From the NCBI GenBank assembly GCA_964291415.2, contig OZ219918.1, positions 928,001 through 992,000 of the forward strand: 64,000 nt of DNA, given 5' to 3'. Position 1 is the first letter of the stretch, and each line of letters begins with the position of its first letter. Shown here one piece after another: positions 41,936-52,418 of the stretch. Made by a program: the position numbers and the translations under genes. The stretch comes from Alphaproteobacteria bacterium. Its GTDB lineage: Bacteria > Pseudomonadota > Alphaproteobacteria > SP197. The notes under the pieces were generated by a model that had not been told where the DNA came from, ran no database searches, and worked only from the letters and a program-made list of their open reading frames with translations.

Positions 41936-42129
41936 TGCCGGCGTGGACGGGAAGTCAAGACTGCCCTCGACAAGGTGCGCTTGCAGCTCCCCGACAGCGA
42001 GACGCTTTCCGGCCTCACCGGAGCGATCAAGGCGAACCGGGCCGCCTTGGAGAGCTGTCGGACAAGCGTTCTGGCGGTCAGCGAACGCCTGCCCGGGGAC
42101 GACGAGACACTCGCTGGGCGGGCTCCTGA

Positions 42130-42458
42130 AGTCGTTCGCGGATACCACAACGTGGTGTTGGAGCTTCTGCGCCCGTCGGCGAAGCGGAGTCGTACTACGG
42201 GGTGGCGACCCTGCCGGCAGGCAGGCGCAGGGACATGTTGGCTCTGGCCTTCGAGGCCATTCTGGGGGAGGAGTTCGAGGGTCGCGTGCTGACATTCGAC
42301 AGCGACGCCGCGGGCGAGTGTGCGAAGATTGCCTCCGCCCGCACTCTGGCGCGATGGACTGCCGGATTGCGGCGATCGCCCGCTCGCTAGGCATGGCGGC
42401 AGCGACGCGTAATGTCCGGCATTTCCGCAACGCAGGTGTCGAGGTCGTCAATCCCTGA
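42130..42458 (+). pseudogene. Decayed VapC/FitB PIN toxin
   Basis: Fragments in several frames: ELLRP, GVATLPAGRRR, FEGRVLTFD, DCRIAAIARSLGMAAATRNVRHF...VVNP. Confidence 0.75.
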
Positions 42459-42587
42459 ACGGCGGCGTGACCGGAGCTTTCCCGAACACGGCGATGGCGT
42501 GCGACGACAGTCTGGTGGGCGTGTCTGTTGCAATTCCTTCTGCACGGGGCCATCTAGGCTGTCGCGTTTCTGGTGGAGCGGACCGGC

Positions 42588-43808
42588 ATGTCAGAGAGCG
42601 ATCGCATTTTCGATATCGTCAGCGGTTCCGTACTTCGCGAAGGGCCGCCCGAAATCGACATGGGGCGGCTCTACCGCTATCGCACCGGAAGGTTGCGGGA
42701 AGCGCTCGAGCGCCACGACGCGGCGATGGTCATGCTCGTCAATCCGGTCAGCCTTCGCTATGCCGCGGACTACAGGACCTATCCGCTCTTCCAGTCGCAC
42801 ATTCCCTCGACCTACCTGTTCGTTGCCCGGGACGGCCCCTCCATCATGCACAACGGGTTCGGGGCGCAGCCCGGTGTCGACGAATCCCGGCCCGGCCGCT
42901 CGATCTCCTTCTTCGACGGCGCCGGCGAGATGGCCGAACAGGCAAGGCTGCTTGCAGGAGATATCGTGGACTATCTCGATGCCATCGGCAGCGACAATCG
43001 GCGGGTCATGATCGAGTACGTCAATCCCAGCGTGACCCAGGCGCTGTTGCAGCGAGGCCTCGAGGTGCTCGACGGCGTCGCCGCCGCCGAGGAGGCGCGG
43101 ATCATCAAGTCCGACGACGAGATTGCCTGCATGAAGTGGGCGGTGGCGGTGGCGGAGTTCGGGATCGGGCGGATGCGCGAGGCGCTCAGGCCCGGCGTCA
43201 GCGAGCTGCAGCTGTGGGGCCTGCTCAACTACACCAATCTCGCCAACAACGGCGACTGGCATGAAGGCCGCATGCTGGCCTCGGGTCCGCGGATCAACCC
43301 GTGGCTCCAGGAGGCCTCGCCCCGGACCGTCGAGGACGGCGACCTCGTGGGATTCGATACGGACATGGTGGGACCCTTCGGCTACTTCGCCGATATCTCG
43401 CGGACCTTTCACTGCGGCCCCTCGAGGCCGACGCGGCGCCAGAAGGAACTCTACCGGCTGGCTGTCGAGGAGGTCGAAAGCAACATCGAACTGCTCAAGC
43501 CCGGTATCACGCTGGAAGAGTTGCGTGACAGGGCATGGCCGGTGCCGGAGGAGTTCCGCGAGAACGCCTATTCCTGTGTCATCCACGGCGTCGGCATGTG
43601 CGACGAGTATCCCCAGGTCAAGCCGGCCTTCCGCCACAACACCGTCTATGACGGCACGATCGAGGCGGGCATGGTGATCTGCGTCGAGAGCTACATCGGC
43701 GCCGTCGGCGAAACCGACGGCGTCAAGCTCGAGCAGCAGGTTCTCGTGACCGCAGACGGCGCCGAGCCGCTGTCGACGTTCCCCTGGGAAGAATCGCTCC
43801 TCGACTGA
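42588..43808 (+). CDS. M24 peptidase-family protein, DddP-like (candidate DMSP lyase)
   Basis: MLASGPRINPWLQE, FDTDMVGPFGYFADISRT, HGVGMCDEYP, CVESYIG, KLEQQV. Confidence 0.75.
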   Translation: MSESDRIFDIVSGSVLREGPPEIDMGRLYRYRTGRLREALERHDAAMVMLVNPVSLRYAADYRTYPLFQSHIPSTYLFVARDGPSIMHNGFGAQPGVDESRPGRSISFFDGAGEMAEQARLLAGDIVDYLDAIGSDNRRVMIEYVNPSVTQALLQRGLEVLDGVAAAEEARIIKSDDEIACMKWAVAVAEFGIGRMREALRPGVSELQLWGLLNYTNLANNGDWHEGRMLASGPRINPWLQEASPRTVEDGDLVGFDTDMVGPFGYFADISRTFHCGPSRPTRRQKELYRLAVEEVESNIELLKPGITLEELRDRAWPVPEEFRENAYSCVIHGVGMCDEYPQVKPAFRHNTVYDGTIEAGMVICVESYIGAVGETDGVKLEQQVLVTADGAEPLSTFPWEESLLD

Positions 43809-43972
43809 CTCTCAGTCCGGTCCTTCGCGGCGCCTCCTTGCCGGGGCGAGGCCGACTTCGGACCCTTGTCAAGAGTGTCGCGGGTGACGTCCGTGTGCAG
43901 TCGGGTGTGACGGATCAACGGCATGGTCGTGAGGTCCTGCCAGCCGTCCCCGGCGCCTGGCAGGACCTTGTG

Positions 43973-44234
43973 CTCGACAAGCGCCTCCATGTCGACAAGG
44001 CGCCGGACACTGGCGTGGGAAGGTTGATGCCATGGCCTCGGCCATCGGCCGGTTTCTGTTGCCGGAAAAAGGTTTCGTGAAGCGTTCCGCATCTTCGAAT
44101 GCCGGGCACTTACGGCCAAGGGCGTCCGGCAGTGCAAGTCATGTCAGGCAAGGCGGATGACGGAGATCTGCCGGCCATAGTCCGGTTCATGCCGGAGCAC
44201 GCTCCGGCGATAGCTGAAGAAGCGCTCTTCCTCG
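43973..44234 (+). repeat. Direct repeat B of the prs/pgeF junction (decayed prs start, intact pgeF end)
   Basis: Partner of 40294-40569; prs ATG mutated to ACG. Confidence 0.93.
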
Positions 44235-44902
44235 AGACAGGTGTCGCCGCCCGTCCAGGCGGCATGGCGGATACCGCTTTGGCGAAGGCGATGGAGCACG
44301 TAGGCCGGGAGATCGAAGTGGAAATGACCCGGCCGGCGGGCAGTGCGGAAGTACTGTCCGTTGCGGGAGTCATCATCGGTGAATCTCTGGTGAAACTCCG
44401 GACCGACCTCATAGGACTCAAGGGCAATCGCTGGTCCGACCACGGCAACGATACGCTCGTGCCGGGCGCCAATTGCGACCATGGCGGCGACCACGGCGTC
44501 GGTGATTCCCCGCAACGCGCCTCCCCAGCCGGCGTGGGCGGCGCCGATGACGCCGGCTTCGCCGTCGGCCAGCAACACGGGCGCACAGTCAGCCGTCAGG
44601 ATGCCGAGCCCCAGCCCAGGCTCGCCGGTCACCATGCCGTCGGCCTTCGTGTTGGCCTCGGTTCCGTCCCTGACGATGACGGCATCGGCGCTGTGGACCT
44701 GATAGAGCGTGACGAGACCGGCCGGCTCGAGGTCGAGGGCGCGGGCAATGAGGGCGCGGTTCGCGGTCACACACTGCCGGTCGTCCCCGGAGCCTCGGCC
44801 GGCATTGAGGGATGCATAGAGCCCCTGGCTGGTGCCTCCCTTTCGCTCGAAGAATCCGTGACGCACGCCGGGGCAACCGGTGAGGAGGGGGTCCGTGATC
44901 AC
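44144..44902 (-). CDS. pgeF: PgeF/YfiH family protein
   Basis: RHGFF, SLNAG, QVHS, TADCAPVL, AAHAGW, FFSYRR. Confidence 0.94.
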   Translation of the reverse strand: MITDPLLTGCPGVRHGFFERKGGTSQGLYASLNAGRGSGDDRQCVTANRALIARALDLEPAGLVTLYQVHSADAVIVRDGTEANTKADGMVTGEPGLGLGILTADCAPVLLADGEAGVIGAAHAGWGGALRGITDAVVAAMVAIGARHERIVAVVGPAIALESYEVGPEFHQRFTDDDSRNGQYFRTARRPGHFHFDLPAYVLHRLRQSGIRHAAWTGGDTCLEEERFFSYRRSVLRHEPDYGRQISVIRLA

Positions 44903-45957
44903 TGCTCGAAACCCGCTGGCGGAACGGCTCCGGCGGGAAGCAGCGCCATCACGCGGAAGTCCTCACCCATGGCATCCGGCGATGTCAGCCGGTGCACACC
45001 CTGATCGATACCGTTCGCTGTTTCCGCCGCTGCGCAGCGTTTCAGGCGTTCGGCACGCACGGCAATCCCCATCTCTTCCAGGAAGGCTCCCTGGGATACC
45101 GGACCAAAGACCTCCAGACCTTCTGCCTTGGCAATGTTGCCGAGAACGGCAAAATCCACTGCGGCGGCAAGGTCCGCCTCTCCCGGGGCGGCCAGGCGGT
45201 CGGCGTGCCGGTGATGCCGGACCGCCTGGAGCGTATCGCGCACCGGCATGCCGGGAGCCGTGAAGTCGATCACCAGCATGGCGCCACCCTCCGCCGCCAG
45301 TTTCGCGGCAAGGGTCCGCATGAGCCTGTCACGGGCCGGCGAGATCTCGCACACGCGCCCTGTCGGAGCATCAGGCAGTGAAGCGGCGAGGCCGCAGTTG
45401 TCCATGCCGAGAACGAATGCGACCGTGTCATCCTCGACCATGACCAGGCGTTCCCGCCAGCCGGCGGCGGTGCGCACGAACTGCCTCACGGGCAGGGCAT
45501 CAAGAAACTCGTTGGCGATGATGAATGCCGGCCCGCGGCATGGAAGCTCCTCCACGCTGGAACACCACGAGACGGCCCTGCCGGAAAGAGTTTCGCGCTG
45601 CCGTCGGGCAAGACGGGCGCTGGCCTCGACCAACACGACATCGAAGGGCTGGGGTTCGCCAGTGGCCGACTCGATGGCACGCAGGGCATCGGCCATGAGT
45701 GTTCCGCTTCCGGGCCCGAGCTCCACGAGCATGGCAGGGCGTGGCGAACCTGCCGTCTGCCATGCCGTGTAACACCACAGGCCGAGCAGTTCGCCGAACA
45801 TCTGGCTGATTTCCGGAGCGGTCACGAAGTCGCCGGCAGCACCGAAGGGCTGCCTGCGGATGTAGTAGCCGTGATCGGGATCGAGCAGCGCGAGTTCCAT
45901 GTAACGTTCGACGGTGATCGGTCCGGCCTCGCCGATCCTCTGGACCAGCGTCGTCAT
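44899..45957 (-). CDS. SAM-dependent methyltransferase, MidA/NDUFAF7 family
   Basis: GDFVTAPEISQMFGEL, VELGPGSGTL, ANEFLDALP. Confidence 0.92.
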   Translation of the reverse strand: MTTLVQRIGEAGPITVERYMELALLDPDHGYYIRRQPFGAAGDFVTAPEISQMFGELLGLWCYTAWQTAGSPRPAMLVELGPGSGTLMADALRAIESATGEPQPFDVVLVEASARLARRQRETLSGRAVSWCSSVEELPCRGPAFIIANEFLDALPVRQFVRTAAGWRERLVMVEDDTVAFVLGMDNCGLAASLPDAPTGRVCEISPARDRLMRTLAAKLAAEGGAMLVIDFTAPGMPVRDTLQAVRHHRHADRLAAPGEADLAAAVDFAVLGNIAKAEGLEVFGPVSQGAFLEEMGIAVRAERLKRCAAAETANGIDQGVHRLTSPDAMGEDFRVMALLPAGAVPPAGFEQ

Positions 45958-46745
45958 GCCCGACGGCGCGCCATCACGAGGAGCGCGATGCCGGCCGCCG
46001 CCATGGGCAGGGACAACAACTGCCCCATGGTCATGGCTCCGGCGACGAAACCAAGGTGACTGTCGGGTTCCCGGAACACCTCGGCCGCTGACCGGAAGAC
46101 CGCGTAACCCGTGAGAAAGAGACCGGTCATCAGGCCGGGCCGCTCACGCCAGCCGGGCCGCGCCCATGCAATTCTCATGACGACGAGGAGCACCAGTCCC
46201 TCCAGTGCCGCCTCGTAGAGTTGGCTTGGATGGCGCGGCGTCTCCGGATCCGATGGAAACAGGACGGCCCATGGCACCTCCGTTGGCCGGCCATAGAGTT
46301 CACCGTTGACGAAGTTGGCGAGTCGTCCGAGCAGGAGGCCGATCGGCGCCACGCACGCCATGACATCCGAAAACGCCAGCAACGGTGTTCCGTGGCGTCG
46401 CGCATGGAACACGGCGGCGAGGGCCACGCCGAGACAGCCGCCGTGGAACGACATGCCACCCTGCCACAGGGCGAAGGCTTCCAGCGGGTGGTTCAGGAAC
46501 CACGCGGGCTGGTAGACCAGGACATAGCCCAGGCGACCGCCGACGATGATGCCCAGCGTTGCCCAGAGCAGGAAGTCATCGACTGCGGCGCGCGGGATGG
46601 TCGCGGGAGACGAGCGGGCCAGCACGATGGCGTAGCGCCAGCCCAGCAGGATTCCGGCGATATAGGCAAGGGCATACCACCTGATGGCGAGAGGGCCGAT
46701 CTCGATCAGGGTGGCATCGATGGCTGGAAAGGCGATGGCGAACAT
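45954..46745 (-). CDS. lgt: Prolipoprotein diacylglyceryl transferase
   Basis: IRWYALAY, GGMSFHGG, GRLANFVNGEL, HPSQLYEA. Confidence 0.97.
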   Translation of the reverse strand: MFAIAFPAIDATLIEIGPLAIRWYALAYIAGILLGWRYAIVLARSSPATIPRAAVDDFLLWATLGIIVGGRLGYVLVYQPAWFLNHPLEAFALWQGGMSFHGGCLGVALAAVFHARRHGTPLLAFSDVMACVAPIGLLLGRLANFVNGELYGRPTEVPWAVLFPSDPETPRHPSQLYEAALEGLVLLVVMRIAWARPGWRERPGLMTGLFLTGYAVFRSAAEVFREPDSHLGFVAGAMTMGQLLSLPMAAAGIALLVMARRRA

Positions 46746-46869
46746 GGGCGGCACCCGGAGATACCCGAAGATAAGGGCGAGGTCGTGCTGGCGTCCACCT
46801 CCGGAAAGTCTGGATTTTGCCCGCCGGATACGGCAACCATGGGATCAGACGGTCGCCCGGAGATCCGCC

Positions 46870-47133
46870 ATGCAGACAGACAACAGGATCCTCGACGACA
46901 TGGCTCGCGTTCTGTCAGGCGCGCTCAGCGTTGCCGGCGGCGCCAGAGCCGAGATGCGGCAGCGCGCCCGCCAGCATGCCGAATTGCTGCTGGCGCGCAT
47001 GGACCTCGTGCGTCGCGAGGAATTCGAGGTGGTCCGTGACATGGCGGCCCTGGCGCGCGAGGAGAATGAGAGACTCGCCCGGCGCGTCGACGAACTCGAG
47101 AGTGCCGTCAAGCGTCGTAAACGGCGCACCTGA
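46870..47133 (+). CDS. ubiK: Accessory factor UbiK family protein
   Basis: RILDDMAR, MDLVRREEFEVV, coiled coil. Confidence 0.88.
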   Translation: MQTDNRILDDMARVLSGALSVAGGARAEMRQRARQHAELLLARMDLVRREEFEVVRDMAALAREENERLARRVDELESAVKRRKRRT

Positions 47134-47227
47134 GGCGCCTGGCTCCACCTTGCCAGCGTCACCGCAGTTTGGCAGTTTGTTGGCGATTCCACGATCTCCT
47201 GACATTTCGTTCTGGTAGGGCCTTCAT

Positions 47228-47731
47228 GTGACCAGTCTCCAGGAACATCCCGGCAAGCCGGATCAGCATGCGCTTGATCCGGTCGAACGGTTCATTGCCT
47301 ACCATGGCTGGACACACGAGCGGGTCAACGACAACGAACTCGCGGTCGAGATTGCCGGCCGCTGGTGCGTCTACCGAATCTGGTTCGGCTGGGAAGAGGA
47401 ACTGGCCTGCATCATGATGTCATGCGCGCTCGACATGCAGGTCCCGGAAGCCAGCATCAAGTCTGTTCATTCACTCCTCGCCTATGTGAACGAGCGCCTC
47501 TGGGTCGGCCATTTCGACGTGTTCGCCGACGAGAGCGTGCCGACATTCCGCCAGGCCATTCTGCTCAACGGACAGGGATATCCCACCGAGGAACTCCTGG
47601 GCGACGTGATCGACATCACCATTTCGGAATGCGAACGGTTCTACCCCGCCTTCCAGTACGTGATCTGGCAGGGCAAGTCTGCCGAAGAGGCGGTCCAGGC
47701 GGCGATCATCGATCCCGTCGGCGAGGCCTGA
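47228..47731 (+). CDS. YbjN domain protein
   Basis: VNERLWVGHF, CERFYPAFQYVIW; conserved upstream of proC. Confidence 0.85.
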   Translation: MTSLQEHPGKPDQHALDPVERFIAYHGWTHERVNDNELAVEIAGRWCVYRIWFGWEEELACIMMSCALDMQVPEASIKSVHSLLAYVNERLWVGHFDVFADESVPTFRQAILLNGQGYPTEELLGDVIDITISECERFYPAFQYVIWQGKSAEEAVQAAIIDPVGEA

Positions 47732-47734
47732 CCG

Positions 47735-48550
47735 GTGGCGTTGCCGGCTCCGATCCTGCTCCTGGGGTGCGGCAGGATGGGCAGTGCCATGCTGTCCGGC
47801 TGGGTGAGCCGGGGCGTGGCTCCGGACACCATCACTGTGGTCGAGCCCGACCCTGAGGCGGCCGGACGTGCGCACCGGCGCCACGGCGTCGAAGTCGCGG
47901 AAACGGTGCCGTCGGGTCTGGAACCGGCTGTGGTCGTCTTTGCCGTCAAGCCGCAGATCATGGAGGACGTCGCCGGATCACTTGGAGATGCTCTGGACCG
48001 GCGCCCGCTCGTCGTCTCCATTGCCGCCGGCAAGACGCTCGCCTGGTTCGAACGGCATCTCGGGCCGGATGTTCCGGTGGTACGCACCATGCCCAATACG
48101 CCAGCGGCCATCGGCAGGGGAATCACGGCCCTGGCAGCGAACAGGCACGTGACGCGCGCGTCGAGGGGAACGGCCGAGTCATTGCTGGCAAGTGTCGGGG
48201 AAACCGTCTGGCTGGATGACGAGTCGCTCATGGATGCCGTGACGGCGCTTTCCGGCGGTGGTCCTGCGTATGTCTTTCTGCTCATCGAGACCCTGACCCG
48301 TGCCGGTATCGCGCATGGCCTCCCCGAGGCGGTTGCGTCCAGGCTGGCTCTCCACACGGTGGCCGGTGCCGGTGAACTGGCCCTGCAGGCGGACGAGACT
48401 CCGGCCGAACTGCGGCGCAACGTCTCGAGTCCCGGCGGAACAACGCTTGAAGCCCTCGGCGTTCTCATGGCCGAAGACGGCTTGCAGCCGTTGTTTGACC
48501 GCGCCGTCGGTGCGGCGACCCGCCGCTCCAGGGAACTCGGCCGGCAGTAA
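47735..48550 (+). CDS. proC: Pyrroline-5-carboxylate reductase
   Basis: GCGRMG, AVKPQ, RTMPNTP, ALSGGGPAY, VSSPGGTT. Confidence 0.96.
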   Translation: MALPAPILLLGCGRMGSAMLSGWVSRGVAPDTITVVEPDPEAAGRAHRRHGVEVAETVPSGLEPAVVVFAVKPQIMEDVAGSLGDALDRRPLVVSIAAGKTLAWFERHLGPDVPVVRTMPNTPAAIGRGITALAANRHVTRASRGTAESLLASVGETVWLDDESLMDAVTALSGGGPAYVFLLIETLTRAGIAHGLPEAVASRLALHTVAGAGELALQADETPAELRRNVSSPGGTTLEALGVLMAEDGLQPLFDRAVGAATRRSRELGRQ

Positions 48551-48620
48551 CGCAGCGGTTCCGGTTTGCCACCGAAGGCATGGCGGACTACTCTCGATGC
48601 AGCCGGAAGCGGGAAGGAGA

Positions 48621-49226
48621 ATGCCCAGGAAAGCGAAGGTTTCCGATGTGGTCCTCGACGCCGCCCTGGAATTGGCGGCCACGGCAGGCTGGCGCGATCT
48701 CACCATGCGTGACGTCGCCGAGGCAAGCGGTGTCTCCCTGGCGGAACTCCACGCGGTCTATCCGACGCGCAACGCCATTCTGAAGGCTTTCTCGGCCCGC
48801 ATCGATGCCGCGGTGCTGGCCGCCGATGCCGGCGATCTTGGCGATGAGTCACCAAGAGACCGCCTGTTCGATGTCATCATGCGCAGGCTTGATGTGCTGT
48901 CGGCCCACCGCAAGGCGGCCTGGTCCATCATCCGTGCCTCACTGGGGAACCCGGCGTCGGCCCTTCAGGGGTTCTGCCTGACGCAGGCCTCGATGCGATG
49001 GATGCTCGAGGCGGCGGGGATCGATGCCGGAGGCCCGGCAGGTGCCCTGCGCACGAAGGGCCTCGTGCTGGTCTGGCTCGATGTCCTTCGAGTCTGGCAG
49101 TCGGACGAGAGCGAGGACATGGCGCGTACCATGGCCCATCTCGACAGGAGGCTGGCCCTGGCCGAACGTCTGCAGAACTTCGCCTGGCGTGCGCCGAGGC
49201 CGGAACCCGAAGAGGCCGGTGCGTGA
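48621..49226 (+). CDS. TetR/AcrR-family regulator
   Basis: N-terminal HTH MRDVAEASGVSL, RDRLFDVIMRR, TMAHLDRRL. Confidence 0.85.
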   Translation: MPRKAKVSDVVLDAALELAATAGWRDLTMRDVAEASGVSLAELHAVYPTRNAILKAFSARIDAAVLAADAGDLGDESPRDRLFDVIMRRLDVLSAHRKAAWSIIRASLGNPASALQGFCLTQASMRWMLEAAGIDAGGPAGALRTKGLVLVWLDVLRVWQSDESEDMARTMAHLDRRLALAERLQNFAWRAPRPEPEEAGA

Positions 49227-49567
49227 GCACCTCCGTCATTCCGTTCGACACATTCCTGGACGTCGATATGCGGGCTGGCACCGTGGTCCGTGCCGAACCC
49301 TTTCCCGAGGCCCGCAAACCGGCTCTGAAGCTGTGGATCGATTTCGGAAAGGACATCGGCACACGCAAGAGTTCTGCGCAGATCACCGACCACTATTCGG
49401 CCGATGATCTTGTCGGCCGTCAGGTCGTCGCCGTGGTCAACTTTGCGCCGCGCCAGATCGGTCCCTTCATGTCGGAGGTCCTCACCCTGGGATTTGCCGA
49501 TCACGATGGCGCCATCGTGCTCGTTTCTCCCGACAGCAGCGTCCCCGACGGAGTCCGTCTCGGGTAG
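49223..49567 (+). CDS. csaA: tRNA-binding protein/chaperone CsaA
   Basis: VDMRAGTV, FPEARKPA, SSAQIT, VVNFAPRQIG. Confidence 0.92.
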   Translation: MSTSVIPFDTFLDVDMRAGTVVRAEPFPEARKPALKLWIDFGKDIGTRKSSAQITDHYSADDLVGRQVVAVVNFAPRQIGPFMSEVLTLGFADHDGAIVLVSPDSSVPDGVRLG

Positions 49568-49573
49568 GACGTC

Positions 49574-50350
49574 CTACAACCAGCCGTTCTCCCGCAAGGC
49601 CGGCTGGAAGGAGCGGCTGACCGGCACCCTGGAACCATTGCTGAGTTCCAGAAAGATGCGGCCGTCTCGCCGCACCACACGACTGACAGCGTCCCGCGCC
49701 ACCCAGTGGGAACGATGGACCTGCATGCCATCGAGACCCTCCACTTCGCGCAGGGCATCGCGGAATCGCAGCAGCACGAGCTCGCTTCCCTTCGCCGTCG
49801 CCGCCTCGACATAGTGATCCTGCATGTGAAGGTGAAGCAGGTCCCCACCCAGCCGGGCGGGCAAGCGTGACAGGAAAGGCGACCGGGCAGGCGGAGGCGA
49901 CGTGGCGCTCGCTTCGCGCGCCTGCAACGGCAGTTCGACGAAGTGCCAGGCAAGGAACGCCAACACGAGATAGACCACCAAGACGCAGGCGTAGAGCCAC
50001 GCCAGCATGGTCGCCGATGTGGCGGTTCCGGCAAGCCCCCATTCGAGAATCCACACGATGCCCGTGCCGGGCAGGGCGGCGATCAGGGAGCCTGCTGCAA
50101 TGCCGGCAAAAGCGGGCTTTCCCGCCTGCAGGAAGAGGCGGATGGCGAAGGGGACGGTCGCCAGGGCAATCAGCCAGTTGCCGGCAATGGCCACGGCCCA
50201 GTAGGCCACCAGGACCCCCGGCTCGAGGCGGGTGGCCGTGCCGAAGGGTCCGAGCCACGAAAAGACGGCAATCGCCAGCACCACAGCGATGAGATGGCGA
50301 CGCAGGCGTCGTGTCGATTCGCGTGACGCGAACGGCAACGTGACATTCAT
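49574..50350 (-). CDS. Membrane-anchored LytTR-family regulator
   Basis: Four hydrophobic segments plus QDHYV, QVHRSHWV, VPVSR. Confidence 0.9.
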   Translation of the reverse strand: MNVTLPFASRESTRRLRRHLIAVVLAIAVFSWLGPFGTATRLEPGVLVAYWAVAIAGNWLIALATVPFAIRLFLQAGKPAFAGIAAGSLIAALPGTGIVWILEWGLAGTATSATMLAWLYACVLVVYLVLAFLAWHFVELPLQAREASATSPPPARSPFLSRLPARLGGDLLHLHMQDHYVEAATAKGSELVLLRFRDALREVEGLDGMQVHRSHWVARDAVSRVVRRDGRIFLELSNGSRVPVSRSFQPALRENGWL

Positions 50351-50448
50351 CGGCGAATGATCCCTGCCTTTCACGCAATGACGATTGAAGCTCCGCAGGA
50401 CCGTGCCGAAATGACGGCGGTGTTTCAACTGACAGGGGCCAATTCATC

Positions 50449-50877
50449 ATGAAACGACTGACGACACTCGCTGCTGCGATCCTCGGATTCCATGCTCCCG
50501 TTCTCGCGGGCGAACTGGCCATCGACGTGACCGGAATCCGCTCCGGTGACGGGCGTGTTCTCCTGGCCCTGCACCAGGAGCATGCCGGCATCAGCTTCCC
50601 CGATGACCGGGGCGCCGTGGCAGGCGTCTGGGTGAATGCGGTCGCTGGCACGTTCAGCCTCGTGTTCCCGGATCTTGCCGAAGGCCGCTATGCCGTTTCC
50701 GTCATGCACGACGAGAATGGCGACGGCGCACTCGATGCCAACCTCCTTGGCGTGCCAACGGAGGGCTACGGTTTCTCCAATGATGCCACCGGCATCATGG
50801 GTCCCCCCGACTTTTCCGATGCCAGCGTGGTGGTGGGCGATGAGCCTGTCCATTCCGTCATCACGTTGCGCTACTAG
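50449..50877 (+). CDS. DUF2141 secreted protein
   Basis: Signal peptide, YAVSVMHDENGDG, GVPTEGYGFSN, GPPDF. Confidence 0.9.
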   Translation: MKRLTTLAAAILGFHAPVLAGELAIDVTGIRSGDGRVLLALHQEHAGISFPDDRGAVAGVWVNAVAGTFSLVFPDLAEGRYAVSVMHDENGDGALDANLLGVPTEGYGFSNDATGIMGPPDFSDASVVVGDEPVHSVITLRY

Positions 50878-50888
50878 GGGAGGTGACC

Positions 50889-52375
50889 ATGCATGACCGC
50901 AGGAAGTTTCTGGCCATGACCGGAGCCGCTCCGCTTGTTGTCCGCCCGCTCGGCGCCTCGCAAATGGAAGACTCCTTCGATGCCGCCCTTGCCGGGGACC
51001 GCCGGTTGCTGGGCTGGGCAACGCCGCCCGTTGATGACTTCGAACCACGGTCGCTGGAGACCGAGGGCACGTGGCCCGCCGACCTCCGGGGAACGTTCCG
51101 GCGCATCGGTCCGGCAGCTCACTCCCGACACGGCCTGCGCTACCGTCACTGGTTCGATGCCGACGGCATGATCCAGGAGTTCCGTCTCGACGGCAGCGGC
51201 GTCACCCACAGGGGACGCATGCTCAAGACACCGAAACTCGCCCTGGAGGACCGGGAAGGAAAGCGCCTGCTGCCCGCCTTCGGCACCCGTCCCGCTGGTG
51301 CCCGTACGGTACGCCGCGCCGATGACATGAATGTCGCCAACACGGCGCTTCTCGATCGCCAGGGCGAACTGCTGGCGCTCTGGGAAGGTGGATCGGCAAG
51401 CATCATTGACCGAGAATCCCTTTCCTGGGAGACCTTCAAGTCATGGGGCGAGGGGCTTGAGGGGCTGCCGTTTACCGCCCACCCCAAGGTCGAGCCGGAC
51501 GGAACGCTCTGGGCCTTCGGCCTCGTTTCCATCCCCTTTGGGGCGTTGGTGCTCTACCACATCCCGGCGAACGGCGCGGCGGCCAGGGCAGAGGTGGTTC
51601 CGCTGGAGCAACCGGGATTCGTGCACGATTTCGTGGTCACAAGAGACTATCTCGTCATCGTCGTGCCGCCCTTTGTCTACAACCCGGATGTGGGGGGCAC
51701 CTATCTCGACGGCCATGCGTGGAAACCCGAACTCGGCTCGCGCGTCCTCGTGGTGCGCAAGGACGACTTTTCCGCCAGGCGCTGGATCCAGCTTCCGGCG
51801 GCTTTCGGCTTTCATCATGGCAACGGCTGGAACGAGGATGACGGAACCATCCACTTCGACATCTTTCTTGCCGATGATCCCTCGCTTCTCGAGGACGCCT
51901 TCACCAAAGTCATGGACGGACTCCTTGTCGATGCGTCGGTCCCGCGTTTCACCAGGATCGTGCTCCGCCCCGACGGCTCGTTCGCGATTGCCGGGGACGG
52001 CGGCGGGGGGATTTCCCGACGATCAACCCGGCGAGAGTGTCGCGGCGTCATCGGTATCTCTACAGCGTCTCCTCGATGTCAGGCACACCCGCCTGGTTGC
52101 CCGGAGCGCTTGAGAAGAGGGACCTCGAATCGGACCGCCTGGAGCGCTTCGATCCCGGCGCGGGAATCCAGATCGAGGAACACCTCTTCATCCCCTTTCG
52201 GAATGCGACGAAGGAGGACGACGGCTGGCTCATCGGTTCCTTCCTGGAGAGTTCGACGGCGCGGAGCGGCGTGGCCGTGTTCGATGCCAGGGGTGTGGCG
52301 GACGGCCCACTCGCGCGGGCATGGCTGCCATTCCCGCTGCCGCTCGGATTTCACGGGCAGTTCAGCCCTGCCTGA
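50889..52375 (+). CDS. Carotenoid/lignostilbene oxygenase (RPE65 family) with Tat-like signal; frameshift near 52010
   Basis: DRRKFL, HWFDADGM, NVANT, FTAHPK, FVHDF, FHHGNG, EEHLF, PLGFHG (four Fe-binding His). Confidence 0.9.
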
Positions 52376-52418
52376 CCGAGGGCAAGGACCGCACCCAGGG
52401 AGCCGCGGCGTCACCGTG

